From Camelus ferus (Eukaryota): 64,000 nucleotides of DNA. The number at the start of each line of letters is the position of its first letter. The first letter of the stretch is position 1. Under the pieces are notes generated by a model that worked only from the letters and a program-made list of their open reading frames with translations, did not search any database and was not told where the DNA came from. Both the position numbers and the translations under genes were made by a program. The stretch covers positions 59,770,001 to 59,834,000 of the forward strand of contig NC_045707.1 in NCBI RefSeq assembly GCF_009834535.1, given 5' to 3'. Of the stretch, positions 1-13,560 are shown one piece after another.

Positions 1-110
1 GACTGCTTTCTTGCTATTATGGTAGACTTGAGGAGTTGTGATAGAGAATATGGTCCTCAAAGCCAAAATATATACTATCCAGCCCTGTAAGGAAATGTTT
101 TCAAGCCCCT
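1..110 (+). mobile_element. hAT-Charlie MITE end (MER58-like)
   Basis: AAAGCCAAAATATATACTATCCAGCCCTGTAAGGAAATGTTTTCAAGCCCCT resembles a MER58 terminus. Confidence 0.75.
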
Positions 111-2719
111 ATTTACAGGCAAAATATACAACAGAAAGTAGCCCTCCACTAACAGAACAGTGGTGGAAGCTGTACGAGCGTGACCAATTTTCTTTCGACT
201 GCTATTTTGCTACTGTTATTATCAGCCTGCCAATTGGGCAACAGCTTACCACTCTTTACTCATGGTTCCAAGAATATGTTCCTATAGTCTGACCTTAAGT
301 ATTTAGCTAATCTTGTGGGTCTGCATGGATTTCTAGTCTAAATTTTCAGAATCAGGCCTTCTTGCCCCCGTTCCATCTTCCCATATAATTCCGTGGTCTC
401 CCATCCACTTGAGAGTTCACTGCTGTCCCCTTTACTTTGGAATTTTACTTTCCTTTGTCCTCTGCTGTCAGTGACCAGCAGAAAGGTTACAAAGCCATCC
501 TGATTGACTCAGAATACACATGGAGCCACACCAAGACCTCACTGTGGCCCAGCAAGCCTTTGATTCCATCCTAAAGGACTCATGATTGCATTCTCCTCCA
601 CACTTGACCCCAGACTTTACCACTCTTATCCAAACTTCTCAGTTTTTTTTTCTCCTCTTAATCCTCTCAACTCATTCAAGGAGTATTTACTTAGCAGATG
701 ACCCTGCTTCTAAATTTACAGAGAAGATTATAGACCCTGGAGATGACATCTTGATTTCTCCTTCCTTCCCACCTGATGATGTGGCTGGCTGGCTTCTACC
801 TGCATCTGTTCACTCAGCTTCACTTTCCAAGGCCCCTGGACTTATCTCCAGTCTTCTCACAGGCAATTTGTTCTGTCAATTGCTTTTTGCCCCTTTATCA
901 TTGTCTTTTTTCCTCTGACTCATCTAACTGAGTCAAACACTTCCACCTTTCAGAAGAACCAATGATTGCTGCCTGACTAAATGGTCCAAACTCCTACTGG
1001 GATAATAAGAAGACAAGGGATAGCCTCAGTTTCATGCAGAGTGAATGATGGAATACCACCAACAAACTTTAGTTTTAGTCATTAACTCATTTGACAAAGT
1101 CTAATGACATTTAAATCAGCAAAAATTACTGCAACACTGATTTTTAAACAAAAGACAACACCTTAGTCCTAGATTGTTAATTAAAAGAAATAAAATAGAG
1201 AATTCCTTACCACACTTATTTAACACCTCACAGTCCAAAATGAGACACAGAGATATAATTAGTTCCATCTCTTGAAATGCAAATCTTATACAGAAAGATG
1301 AAGCTATGTAGTATAAAAAAATATTTCCAAGACCTATTTTAAAACCACTGCACTCTTTTAAGTTCATATCCTCCTCAAAAAGCCCAGTATGATTTTTCAT
1401 TTTATGTAAAATATTTAAAATTTTAAAATATTACTATGTTGGTTTCCTCACACACCTTCTCCCAATTTTTTTTTTTATTAATACACCATTAAAAACACTG
1501 AAAAAAAATCACACTAGAATGTAAAGTATGGCAAAGAGGCTATCTGGAATCTTAGGAAGTTCCACATTCTACAATCTTCCTGAAATTAGACTGAGGACAA
1601 ACAAGCAGTGTCCCATATATTGCCCCACTTACTAAACAGAGAAGCTCTTCCATGATACATGAAATTTCGCCCTTAATCCTACAGCCCCTTGTATCAACTC
1701 AAAACTCAGTCCCAAGTTTCTGTAATTGCTGCATCATGTGAGAGGTATATGCTTCATTTTATAACTATGGCATAGCATATACATTGCCACCAGCAAAAGC
1801 AGTATGCTAAGATAAATTCATTCAATTAGAATGGGCTTCATATACATGAAAATTGTACCAGCTGAATTAAGGGCACAACTGATTCAACAGTTAAAACTAC
1901 AACATAGCTTATATAATAACATCGAGGTCAAACTTGAAAAACTTGTACGTAGAAAGAAAAAAAAAGCAAAGAGCTAAAATATGGCAGAAGAAAATTTTTA
2001 TAGAGCTAGCAGAACATATCCCTAATAAAAGATTTTTAGGTATACTGAGTGAGGAAACCACAAAAATAAGCAAAAAGAGTCTCAATATTTATTGAAGAAT
2101 GAATGGTAATTATGAAAGAAAACTTGGTGAAGCTGCATATGAAGGTTACAAACTATTTGAACACATACTCTAAATGACTGAGTAATAAATTTTAAGAGAT
2201 CCTGAATAAGGAAGTCGGGGCATAGAGTACTAGCAGGGAGAAAAAAAGAGTCAAATAAAGTTGTCTAATTATAGTACATATGGTAAAAAGAAGATCCCAA
2301 AAGCAACACAAAAATTAAAAGTCCATATTTATAGAATGCACATATATAATGTAAAAATAGCTTGTAGCAACAACGTAAGTCCCAAACCTCAGATTATCAT
2401 GTTTATATAAAATAATGAAAAGTAATGGCTAATTCATGTGGACAAATTTTTTTAAAAAGTGCTAAGTGTATCATACTTCATAAGGATTTTGGTTTTTTTT
2501 CTATTTCTCCTTTTAATTCTCATAGTTTTTTTTCTCTCTTACCACCTTTGCCAATTAAATTGTGCTCTTATTTCTAAAATCAACAAATATTAGTTCCACT
2601 ATTTATACCCAGTGGGAAATGACATTTCAAGAAATACTTTCCCAGTAAATTATTATTATTTTTTATATTGGACTCTCTTAATCTGATAACAGACAAATCT
2701 ACCTGGCAAACTTCTGATC

Positions 2720-3140
2720 TGAAAGGCTAATGGCCAGAAGGTTGCTCAGGAGTCCGCCTACTTTTCTCCCAAGTAGGAATCCTCAAACATCACATCCCTG
2801 GCATGGGATCACTCAGGTTCTGCTGAAGTAGTCGCAGTATTTGGGAATTCACTTCTTTGCATACCACTTCAGACCACAAGTGCATGGTCTTGATAGGAAA
2901 TGATGCTTCTCTTCCAGGAGCCATAATTCATCTCCCAGGATTAGTATTATTCACCCATTTCTTCTTCTTCTGCCTTCTTGGAGCCTACCAACAAGCCTTC
3001 TCCTTTCCAGGGTAATCACAGCAGCTCATCCACATTGGAAACCATGAAAGACCTCTTACCCTTCCACTTATCCTTTTAAAAAATGGCCCCCAAGAGATGG
3101 ATTCAGTACTCCAGATGTGATCTTAACCACAGAATGGGAT
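2720..3140 (-). mobile_element. L3/CR1 LINE fragment
   Basis: CAGTACTCCAGATGTGATCTTAACCA resembles the reversed CR1/L3 RT 3' region. Confidence 0.55.
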
Positions 3141-4546
3141 TTAACAATACAGTACCATGGTGAAATACTCTCTTTAACTGGAAATACACCTTGATTAATT
3201 TATGATAAGTCTATTCTCAGTCTGATTCTGTTTTTTTTCCCCAAACTGAACTACTGAACATACTATTTCAAAATTAATTTGTAAAAGAATAACTCCCTCC
3301 TCCCCCCATATACATCACAAATTTTCCCAAGGATTTGTGTGTGTGTGTGCAAAATCAGGTTTCCTCTAACCAATAATCTATGTTTTTTAACTTCTGTAAT
3401 GACCTTTTCTCTGTTACATATCATCCTATCACTTTCTAGATGTTTATTTTCACAGTTTTTTAAGCATTCTGTGTACCAGTTTTCTACATATTAGAAGTAT
3501 CACCTTAAATATTTCCTTAAAGAGGAAAATGTCCACACATTCAATGAAGCTTGTTTAAGCTTTAAATTGAGCACTATATTGTTAGTTTTCTTATGTCTAC
3601 ATAGGAATAGTAATTACATTGCAACAGTTTTAATAAAACCTGTAAAATCTACCAAGTTTAGGAATTGAAAAATAATTGGTATGTAATAAATGGTAATTAT
3701 CAGTTCCCAATCCAAGAACTGAGAATCAAGTGGCATCTTTTTTTTGTCTTCACTGTATAACTAAAAGAATAGACAATGTGAAATAATTAATAATAGTTAG
3801 CATAAAATTAATTGAAAAAATTTAAACTTTGTAATTTTCTTTTAAGGCATTGATGACATTCTTCTAATTCTTACAAATGACTGTTAAACAGATTTTGCAC
3901 TTCATATTAAAATTTGATTTAAACAATTCAAATGCATAATGGAAAAGGTCAATGTGTGAATCATTATAAAACACTAGGACATTTGTCTATTAGATTTAAA
4001 TGTTTAAAGCTCCAGAACCATAGCCACTCTCTACTTATAAGAGACAATTACTCATGTGGATTTGAATTTTCCAACATCTGACATTATTCCAGTTTATTAT
4101 TACTATAATTTTCTGGGATCTGAAAGGTTGAGTAGAATAGTTGAGGTTAAAATAAAATCTGTTTACTTCTCATAAGCTTATTTTCATATCATTTTAAAAC
4201 TTGCTGCTAAAGGAACAATTATGCTTTGGGTGGATTTGGTTTAAATCAGTCAGATACAATTTTCACTACTAGTTAGGAACACCCAATTTAATCAGTTTTT
4301 CTAATAAGAACTATTTTATTTTGGTCTGGTATGACCTCCTTGGTCAATGTTCAGTCAGACAATGAATGTTGATTTTTCCCTAAATGTTACATGTAACATC
4401 ATGCTAAATGCTAGACATATACAGAGGTAACAGAATAGTATAAAACTTTATTCTCTGCATGAAAAAAAGATACTAAGTAAAGATATGGGATGTACAAATA
4501 AAAGAAATATGTAATGCCATTATTTTAAGAAAATAAATTTAAAAGC

Positions 4547-4782
4547 AATAGCTAACATTTATACGCTATTTAAGATGTGCCACACACTTATTTAGATGAC
4601 TTCCTTTAGTCCTAGTCATAACAACCCTATGAGATAGGTACTTTTATCCAGATCTAACTAATGAGGAAACGGAAATACAGAGGCCAACCACTTGCCTATC
4701 ATCACACAGTTGGTTAGTGCTGGAGTGAGGATTTAAACCTAAATACAGTTCCAGAACCCACAATCTTAACTGCTCTGCTACT
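4547..4782 (-). mobile_element. MIR SINE
   Basis: AATAGCTAACATTTAT...ACAACCCTATGAGATAGGTACT...GAGGAAACGGAA...GGATTTAAACC. Confidence 0.8.
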
Positions 4783-4811
4783 CTGCTTCTAATAACACCT
4801 TTCTCCCCCAA

Positions 4812-4930
4812 GCTATTTATTGAGGTATGACTTACACCTAGGAAATGCATAAATCTAAAGTACAGAGCGCGGTAAACTTCAGCAAATGTAGAAGCCTGTG
4901 TAGTCACCACCCAAATCAAGATATAAGTAC
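4812..4930 (-). mobile_element. Old L1 3' end fragment
   Basis: TTTATTGAGGTATGACTTAC...TGTGTAGTCACCACCCAAATCAAGATATA, a typical reversed L1M terminus. Confidence 0.7.
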
Positions 4931-5059
4931 GTGTGCTTGTGTGTGTGTGCACTTGCTTACTTCTGGGCCAAGCTTCCATTCATTATACTTTGCTTAATTT
5001 ATTTAGCAAAGTTTATAAAGTTTTAGGGAAAAGGGAGGTGTCATTAGGAAGTAATGATA

Positions 5060-5210
5060 ACAAATAATTACTGAGTACTCGCTACGTGGCCACCACTACA
5101 CTCGATGTTTTACTTCTAATACCTTCTCTAAGCCTCCTAACTGCCCCATGAGGAAGACGGCACTTGTCCCCATTTTACAGATCAGGAACTGAAGTGCAGA
5201 CGGGTTGAAG
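5060..5210 (-). mobile_element. MIR fragment
   Basis: CCCCATTTTACAGATCAGGAACTGAAG core. Confidence 0.7.
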
Positions 5211-5967
5211 GAGAAGCAGTAATACATGGCATTTTCTCTCTACTAACTCATCAACTGAAAAGGTAAAGCAGTAAAGAGAGATGACAAAGTAGACGGATGT
5301 TAGGAGAGATTTTAAAAGACGGAGAAAACATTCCGTATTTCACATTTAAATCTGATTTGCCATCAGAATCCAATTAGAGATGGACCAGACTGCATATCTT
5401 AAGATACTCTTTAAGGAACAAACAGAAAGAGGCTAAAGTTAACATCCAAGAACCTGAGGAAGAAGAGTGAGTTGGAACCAGGAAACATTCTTAAAGGATG
5501 CTCAAAGTAAGAAGCATGGGGTGGGATGTCCAGGGAAGAAAAGAGAGGAGCTAGCAAGAAAAAAGCTAGTGAAATTTACTGTTACCATAAAGGGAACCAG
5601 AAAAACACAGGAAAGCATGTTTGAAAGTCTCTAGAATATGATCAGATTCAGTGACCAAATCGATGTGAAAAACTAGAAACACTTGTACCTCTAAAAAAAC
5701 AGTGGCTGCTGAATTCTTATAATGACAAAGGGTATACTAGCAGGTGAAGAATCCTATTAATAGCTATGAGCCGTCACAGAGACCATCTACATAAAGTTAT
5801 CATTAAATTTGTGACAGTAGCTAAAATGCTACTGTTGTCTCTGTCACCTGTAGCTGACCTTACAGGTATTACCCATAGGTGTCACATTGTCAGGTCTGGT
5901 TTTGTTCATCTGGCTTTTGTTTCCCCTGGATGGAATGCGTACCCCTCTTACCTTTCCACTTTCCTTT

Positions 5968-6185
5968 AGTGGTTCTTATTCCTGGGTGTACATCAGAATC
6001 TCCTGGAGAGCTTTTAAAGCAGTATCAATGCCCACATACCCTGGGAGAGGACAGCATATAAAAGAAGTACCTGGGAGTTTTGTCAAAGTACACATGCTTC
6101 CTTCTCTACCCCGGTGTTGTTGGGAGGCAGGGCAGAGTATTAGAATAAAGAATTTGCAAACGACCCCTGGTGGATTCTCATGTAT
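5968..6185. mobile_element. MER5-like hAT MITE remnant(s)
   Basis: AGTGGTTCT...CATCAGAATCTCCTGGAGAGCTTTTAAA and CCCCTGGTGGATTCTCATG. Confidence 0.6.
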
Positions 6186-6209
6186 TTCCCTCTTTAAGAA
6201 AGACTGTTC

Positions 6210-6760
6210 CATGCATTCCTTGGGGGAGCTCAATCTCTCCTAAGGCTTCAAAAACCATCTGTAGGCTCCTAACTCCTAAATTTCTTCTCCAGTCTAGATC
6301 TCTGTTCTAAATCCACATACCATGTGACCAGTACATATTTCTACCTGTATATCCAAAGAAACATCAAGGTCAACAGATCATTTAGAAAGAAGTTTCTTCT
6401 ACCTCTCTCACTGGAGTGAATGGTGACACACAGAATCATACTCAATTTCTCCTTCCCCCCATATCTTTATTTCTTCACCCTCTGCCAGGGTTAAAAGGAG
6501 GCCAAAGGAAACTTTAGGAAAAATAAATAAATAAAAGTAGCATTATTTTATGTTCAAATCACTTCTTATCTCAATACTACTGCACTACTTTTGAACTGGC
6601 CTCATTAATACTAGTCTTGTTCTTCCTAAATCTGTCCTCCACAGTGATGCCCATGTGGCCTACCTGAAAGTTTTACTCATTTATCTAAATCTATGAAATG
6701 GGTTCACTCATCCTCTTGGGCAAAACCCAAAATTCTTGTAGTGACCGACAAAGCCCCCTG
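6210..6760 (+). mobile_element. L2 LINE fragments
   Basis: GGCTTCAAAAACCATCTGTAGGCTCCTAACTCCTAAATT...TCCAGTCTAGATCTCT resembles the L2 RT 3' region. Confidence 0.65.
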
Positions 6761-8198
6761 AAAGCCAGAAGAATATATCTTAAATTCAGTTTCTTTACAA
6801 CAGTGTGACACTGGTGGCCCCCAATGAACCACAGATTCCAGTATTCATGCCTTTCTTGTCATCTCTCCCAGTGAATCTGTTTTGGGATAGCAGATGGGAA
6901 GTGAAGACATCAGAAGAATGCAGGCATACCAATTAAACCTATGAATGATGGTGCTAAAACATGTTCTACTGTGATTTTGATATCTCTTTTTAAAGGTTTT
7001 GTTTTATTTTTAAGCTTATGTAGTGGTATAGACGCTCATTTATTGCACCTGGCACTTCATTTTATGAAAGGCTGTGTGGGGAGTTATAACAGTAGATTCA
7101 AGTGACAGGTATCTCATCACATTTTAAAGTAAAATCTCATAAAAGTAAATAATGTGTCTTTTCAAAATTAAAATATATGTTTCTTCTGAGTATAAAGATA
7201 AAATGATGTCTAAGAATGTCTAACAGTACAAAAAATTAAAGGAATATTGGGAAATTTAAAGAAGAAAAATAATCACCATAAATAGTAAGAAAGTCCTTAA
7301 TCAAGCTAAGAAAAAGAATGGGCTCCTGCCAGGGTGCATCTTCTGTTTACAGGAGGGGCTTAACAAGTTTTCCCTCTTATCTTTAACATCATTCAAATTC
7401 AGCTAACCGCTTACAAGCTCCTACTGTGAACAGCTACTTGCACTTTCCTTCATGTTCATTCACTTACTGTTAATATTTCTGCACATATTCACTTGTATTG
7501 AAATGCAAATCCTATTTAAGAATAATTAAATTAAGTGTTTATATTCAAAGGTAAATATCATCTTCTAGCACTCTCTTATTAAACTATTATAAACAGTGTT
7601 CAGTATACTCATTTTCAATATGTATCTTCTAAGACACTAAAAGACTCTGTCAACATCTGTGTAATTTCTCATTTTTGGTCTTTAAAATATCTTCATTGAC
7701 CTGTGGTGCCTAAATCTTTGAAATGGTGTGAATAATATCATGTCCTTGGTATCTGTGCAGAAGACAGTTTATAATATCATTCAAGGGCACATACACAGTG
7801 TACTCACTGACATTTGTATATCAATTTACATATTATTAGCTTTTTCAGAGAGAAAATTGATTCAACTTTGTCTTGTCCTTGGTAAAATGAGTTATATCTG
7901 ACTAGTTCTTGTAAAACATCAAGGCTACGGGAGGGGTGGGGGACACTAGATTTTCAAAGGTAAATGAAGGAAGTAACCTTAAGAAGGCCTTCAGTAGTAG
8001 TTCTGTTGTTTTTGCCTCCTAATGTTTTCTTTTACTTAAAGGAACCAGTCAAGGTTGACACATTAGGCGGTACTGCCTAGTAGAGAATATTTTTAATAGT
8101 AATTTGCTGGAGACATGGCTTTGGGTTGTGCAGTGTCCCTGGAACTGACTGTTTAAAATCCCAGATAGGCTGACTCATCCCTTCCACTTTGGGAGGTT

Positions 8199-8223
8199 AA
8201 AAAAAAAAAAAAAAAAAAAAAAA
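8199..8223 (+). repeat. A25 homopolymer
   Basis: Read directly. Confidence 0.95.
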
Positions 8224-8538
8224 GAGGCACATCTTACAATTTACTGCATGCAGATCTTTGAGGCCAGGTTGTAGATCAATCTGCTCAGACTGCAAAATGA
8301 TATCCAAATACGCAAATCAAAAACCTCAAATTTAGTTGCTGTGACTCTGACTTCTATAAAGGTCATCAGCCAATGATTCAAAGCCCAGTTTCATTTTATA
8401 CCAGGTTATTTCTCATTTATATACCAAGCTATCAGCAAGATTTTCCTTAAAGACTATCATGTGGCTAGCAGACACATGGAATCTGAGGAAGGAGGAGGAA
8501 AAATGGACATGGTCCGTGAGTCCAAGATAAAAATGAAT

Positions 8539-9345
8539 TGTGATATTGTGATTTATAAGAAATATATATTTGGTCATTTGGTTTCTTTGGTCTTTGCCCG
8601 CAGTTCCTGGCTTACAGCTCCCAAAACCCTTGCAATCATCCAGGTGTGAAGAGTGATATGCTGATGCGGTGACTTTTGGAAATCACCTAAGGATGAGGCT
8701 GGCTGCCAATGGAGCCAACCATGTGCTTAGACTGTTGGAGCTTTCAGTCCCACCTCCTGACCTCTGGAGAGAGGAGAGAAGCTGGAGGTTGGGTTAGTCA
8801 CCAATGGCCAATGATTTAATCAACCATGCCTGTATAATGAAGCCTCCATAAAAGCCAGAAGGATGAAGCTCAGAGAGCTCCTGGGTTGGTGAACACTGCA
8901 GAGATGGGTGAGAGTGGAACACTTAGAGAAGGCACGGAAGTGCTTTGCCCTTTTCCCATACCTCACCCTTTGCCTCTCTTTCATCTGGCTGCTCCTGAGT
9001 TACATCCTTTTGTACTGAAGTGGTGATCCACTAAATGAAATGTTTCTCTGAGCTCTATGAGCTGCTCTAGCAAGTGAATTAAACCCAAGAAGGAGGTTGT
9101 GGAAACCTCTGATTTCTAGCCAGTTGCTCAGAAGTACAGATAACAAACTGGGCTGGCAGGTGGTGTCTGAAGAGAGGGTGTAGTCTTGTAGGACTGAATC
9201 CTTAAATCTGTGGAATCTGAGGTTATCTCTGGGTAAATAGTGTCAGAATTGAACTGAATTCATGGACACCCTGCTGATGTCTGAGAATTGTTTGTTAGAG
9301 TTAAAGGGAATCCCTACACACACATTGGAATTGAGTCTCAGAAGC
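8539..9345 (+). mobile_element. Solo LTR, MER21-like
   Basis: Starts TGTGATATTGTGATTTATAAGAAATATATATTTGGTC. Contains CAATGATTTAATCAACCATGCCTGTATAATGAAGCCTCCATAAAA. Confidence 0.8.
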
Positions 9346-9519
9346 AATTTAAGCATGCAAATGAAAAAGACAAGTAACAATAGGAATTCAGACAAAGGAA
9401 AAATGACTGCTTTGTGGAAGATAGGATAGAATGTAAAAAAGTAGAGTCTATCAAATTGACAGGCTGCTCAATTTTCTCCACCAAGTTCTATCTTTCATCT
9501 TTACAGCATTAGTGAACAA

Positions 9520-10945
9520 AGATATCTGGACCATTATCCAAGTCAAATGGCCCCCTTCTGTACTCTGGATGCGATCTCTTCCCATTAAAATGTTCCTCCA
9601 CAATTCCTTCTTTGCTCAGAATTTTCAAATTCATCTCCCTTTTATGATTCTTTCCCTTGAGTCTCTCTTACCTTAAAACAAAACAAAACAAAACCAAAAA
9701 ACTCTCTTGATGCTATTTTTCCCTCACCTTAACTCCTAGATTTAGAAAATCCTAGTCTGCACAAATGGGATGTACTTCCTCACCTCTCTTTTCTTTATAA
9801 ACTGAAAACAAGCTCTTAACCCAACTGCTTCACAGAATTTAGTCTAAACCAAGTCAACAATGGTCTGCTAAGTGCCAAAAGGTTCAGTGGCCTTTTAGTA
9901 AAATTTGATCACTCCCTGAAATTCTACTCACTACTCTCCAACTTTCATGAAACCATTATTTGTTGGTTTCCCTCAAAACTTGGCTCCTCTTCAATCTCCT
10001 CTGTGGTCTTGGTTTCTAGCTACCATTTAAATGTGACTTTTCCCCCAAAATTATAACCATATTCTTCTTTACCATTTGGTTTATATTTGTCAAATGATCC
10101 CAGCTGAAGATTTGGAACTTTGCTATATGTCCCTGGGATGGTTACAACCATGTCCAATATGTGCAGGTGATTTATACAGGTGAAACACAGACTGAAATAT
10201 ACAAGCCACACATATTCATTCATTCATTCATTCATATTCTTTTTCCCTTCCCTACCTCCCTTCCCCTGCATCACTCACACACATACACTTTAAAGCAACC
10301 AACCACTGCATATTTCCATCTGGAAGCTTCCCAGGTAACCCAGAGTTGCTGTATCTCAAACTGAACACATATATTCCTTATCTCCCCAATGCTCTTCTTT
10401 CCGGCTTTCTTCTACAGATGTATGGTACTTCATCTACCTCATCACCCAAGGCAAAAAGGAAGGAATCATACCCTTCATCACCTCTTCCAATCTTTCACTA
10501 AGTCTGATTTAATGTACTTCCTTAATGCCTTTCCTATCTGTCCCCTCTTCTCTGTGCCTACTGGCACTTTTTGCCTCAATCAATGTCAGTCTCTTAAATG
10601 TTCTCATGGCTCCATGCCCTCTGCAGACATTGCCAACAATCTTCTTCTGTAATGTCAGAGGGCTCTCTCTAAGACAAATCCAATCACATTATTGTCTTAC
10701 TTAAAATATTTCAGTGGTTCCTTTTTTAGCTATCAGGCTAAAGCCCAAAGGTCTTCAATATGACAAGACTTCCTGAACTAGTTTTGCTGATGTCTATGGA
10801 CTCTCTCCACCAGTTCCTCACATGCCCCCTTTATATGTTCATTACACGTCATATGCTCCAGCTCTGCTAAATTACTCCCAATTCCCCAAATGCACTCTGT
10901 TCTTTCAACCTCAACACCCTGTGCACTTGCTATCCCTCTGTCTAC
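9520..10945 (+). mobile_element. Fragmented L2
   Basis: Pyrimidine-rich L2-like segments, e.g. CCAAGTCAACAATGGTCTGCTAAGTGCCAAA and TTTCCATCTGGAAGCTTCCCAGG. Confidence 0.55.
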
Positions 10946-10984
10946 AAGGCAGTTATAGCTGACATAGGATAATGATGAACCACC

Positions 10985-11170
10985 TGGACCAGGAGTCAGG
11001 CTCCTTAGATTTAAGTATCAGCTCCCCCAGTCGCTAGCTTGGTGACCATTTGTCAATTAAACTCTGTGTTCCTCCTATTTCTTTTTTTGTAAAAATGAGG
11101 TGAAAACAACTTTACCTTGTTGAGTTGTGGTGAAGATTAGGTGAGACAATCCATAGGAAGCAATAAAAAT
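10985..11170 (+). mobile_element. MIR SINE
   Basis: GGAGTCAGGC...TGTAAAAATGAGG...GTTGTGGTGAAGATTAGGTGAGA. Confidence 0.7.
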
Positions 11171-12689
11171 AGGGCAGCAATAATCTCTCAGTGTGTCACC
11201 AGTAATCACCAAATATACGTGTAGTGAGTATCTACAGGAAGGACTGAATTCTATCTAGTTTGAGGAGTACTTCACAAAAATAATCAAGTGACTTAGACGC
11301 GATGTTGAGGTTCTGTAGCATGGGACCACTCACTGTGGAGGCACCTTCAGAAACAATGAGAAGAGCCTCTCATCAAATCCCTCTCTGTAGACAAAGTTCT
11401 CTCTCTCAGGCAAATTCTCCAGTTCAGTTAATACCCAACTCCCTTCCTAAATCCCTCCTCAACTGTTCTTCATTCCATTTCAACGCCGTAATTTTTTCTG
11501 GAAATTCTCATCCAACGAATACAGCTCTACTTCATGTCCCCTGCACGTGGGCTGCAAAATAGGTTATTAAATTAGGGGAGGGGATAAGAAGGCACTAGAA
11601 ATCCCTGGTGGGAGAGAAGAATATAAACTTGCAGTGACCCCAATCCTTCTTAGTGGTCCCAATACAAACTTTACTATTTTGGATGATTTAATTCATAAGT
11701 TCTTTTTTTTTTTTTTAACCTTATTTTCAAACCTTCCTCTCTATTTCATTCTCTGTAGTCTATAAACCGACTCAAACCTCTCCCATGCTACAACCATCCT
11801 TTGCCTCAATGCTAAATGCAGCAATAGCTCCTCACTTCTCTTTCTTCTGCCCCTCTTAGCTTAATTCTAGCTACAGTTGTGCTATGTTTGCAGTCTCTTC
11901 CTCAAACATTCCCCCTTTAATTTTTAATTAATATAATACAAATATAACTTTATATTCAAAATGTTACATGCAAACTTTTTTAAAAAGTTAAATAATACTG
12001 GAAAGATTTTAATAAGAGCAGCAGTCCTCTAGATCAATATGGAGTTCAATTCTTTGAAAGGCAATTATTTTAACTTTTATTTAATTCTTCTTGAATGTAT
12101 CTCAGATGTACACAAAATATCTGTGCTGTTGCCTATTATTTCAAAGTTTAACAATTTACTGAATTCCTACATACAAGACAAAGAATATTCTCTGTCCTAT
12201 GAGCTTAGTCCTTAATGAGCCTTCTCTAATCACAATTTGTATAGAAATCAATATTCAGTGTTTATATCACAATAACTAAGTAAATTTGTGTATTGCTGGC
12301 TATGTTTCACATCATAAAATCATTTACTTTATACAACTTTTTGTTTTTCTTCGAATTAACTGCATTTTTTAAAAATCTACAGAGTTTTCTATGTTCCTGC
12401 CACAAAATTCTTCTATAAATCTCTATGGAAGAGCATGTAGGTTAATCCATCCATCATCTTAACTTTTTCTTTCCTCTGAGAGACCTTCCCCTGGAACCCT
12501 CCCTTATACTCTACCAGTCAGCACTGGTTGCACTGCAGGTCTGGCATATAGGTGTTACCCCTGCCTTCAATTTCATTTTTCTGGTAATTACCTTCACCAT
12601 TCTTCTGGGTTAGATCCCCACATTCCTGAACCTCATGTTACCTTCATTCATTCTTGATTTATTCCCTTGATTTCAAGGATCATAAGTGA

Positions 12690-13560
12690 TGTGAGTGGTA
12701 AAATTTCAATGCCATATATTTTCTCAAATATTTTTCTTTTATTTGTAATCCTCATATTATTCTGACATTAGCTGAATATCAAATTCTAGGTTGGTAATCA
12801 TTTCCCTTCCAAGTACTGCAGGAATTGCTCCATTTTTTCCCTAGCTTCTAGCACTCCTTTCCAGAATAATCTTCACTGTTGAAGATTACCTTCCTTCTAA
12901 AAAGCTTAAAAATTTTCTCTTTCTCCTGACTGTTCAAAATGTCCTCATGATGCGCCTTTCTTTTCTTTAAAAAAAAAAAATCACTATACCATCTAATTCA
13001 ATGGGCATTTTCAATCTGGAACCTCAATAATTCAAGTCAGATTAGTTTTGTACTCTTTCATTCCTAATTTTTTTCATTTGTATTTTCTCAATTGTGTCTT
13101 ATTGGAATTCACCATCATAGGATTTTATTTTATTCACTGCAATACCCCCAGCATCTAGAACAACAGACGACACATAACAGCACTCAATAAAAACTGACTG
13201 AACATATTCATTAGGACTCTAGACTTCTTGGCTCACTTTCCTTATCTTTTCTTTCCTTATTATGCTTCCCCTATGTCTTTTTTTTTTTTTTTTTGCAGAT
13301 ACTGAGTATCTTCCTCATTTATTATTTTTTTTTAATTTCTAGGAATCATACTTTTTCATTTCTAAAAATCTTCTTTGTTCACTAAATCTTAAAAAAAAAA
13401 CCACTCCTATTGTTCTTTCATGCATCTTCTACTTCCTCTGAGCTTATCAATTATTGCTCTTTATGTTTTCTTTTGCTACGTATGCTGTAAATGTTTTCAT
13501 TTCTTTTGAGCTATTTTCCTGAGCTTTTTTCCCATGTTTTTTGTCTTGCATTAAAGGAAC
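12690..13560 (-). mobile_element. Very old L1/HAL1-like fragments
   Basis: T-rich region containing TAGCTGAATATCAAATTCTAGGTTGG...TAGCTTCTAG, a reversed ORF1 C-terminal-like motif. Boundaries uncertain. Confidence 0.5.
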
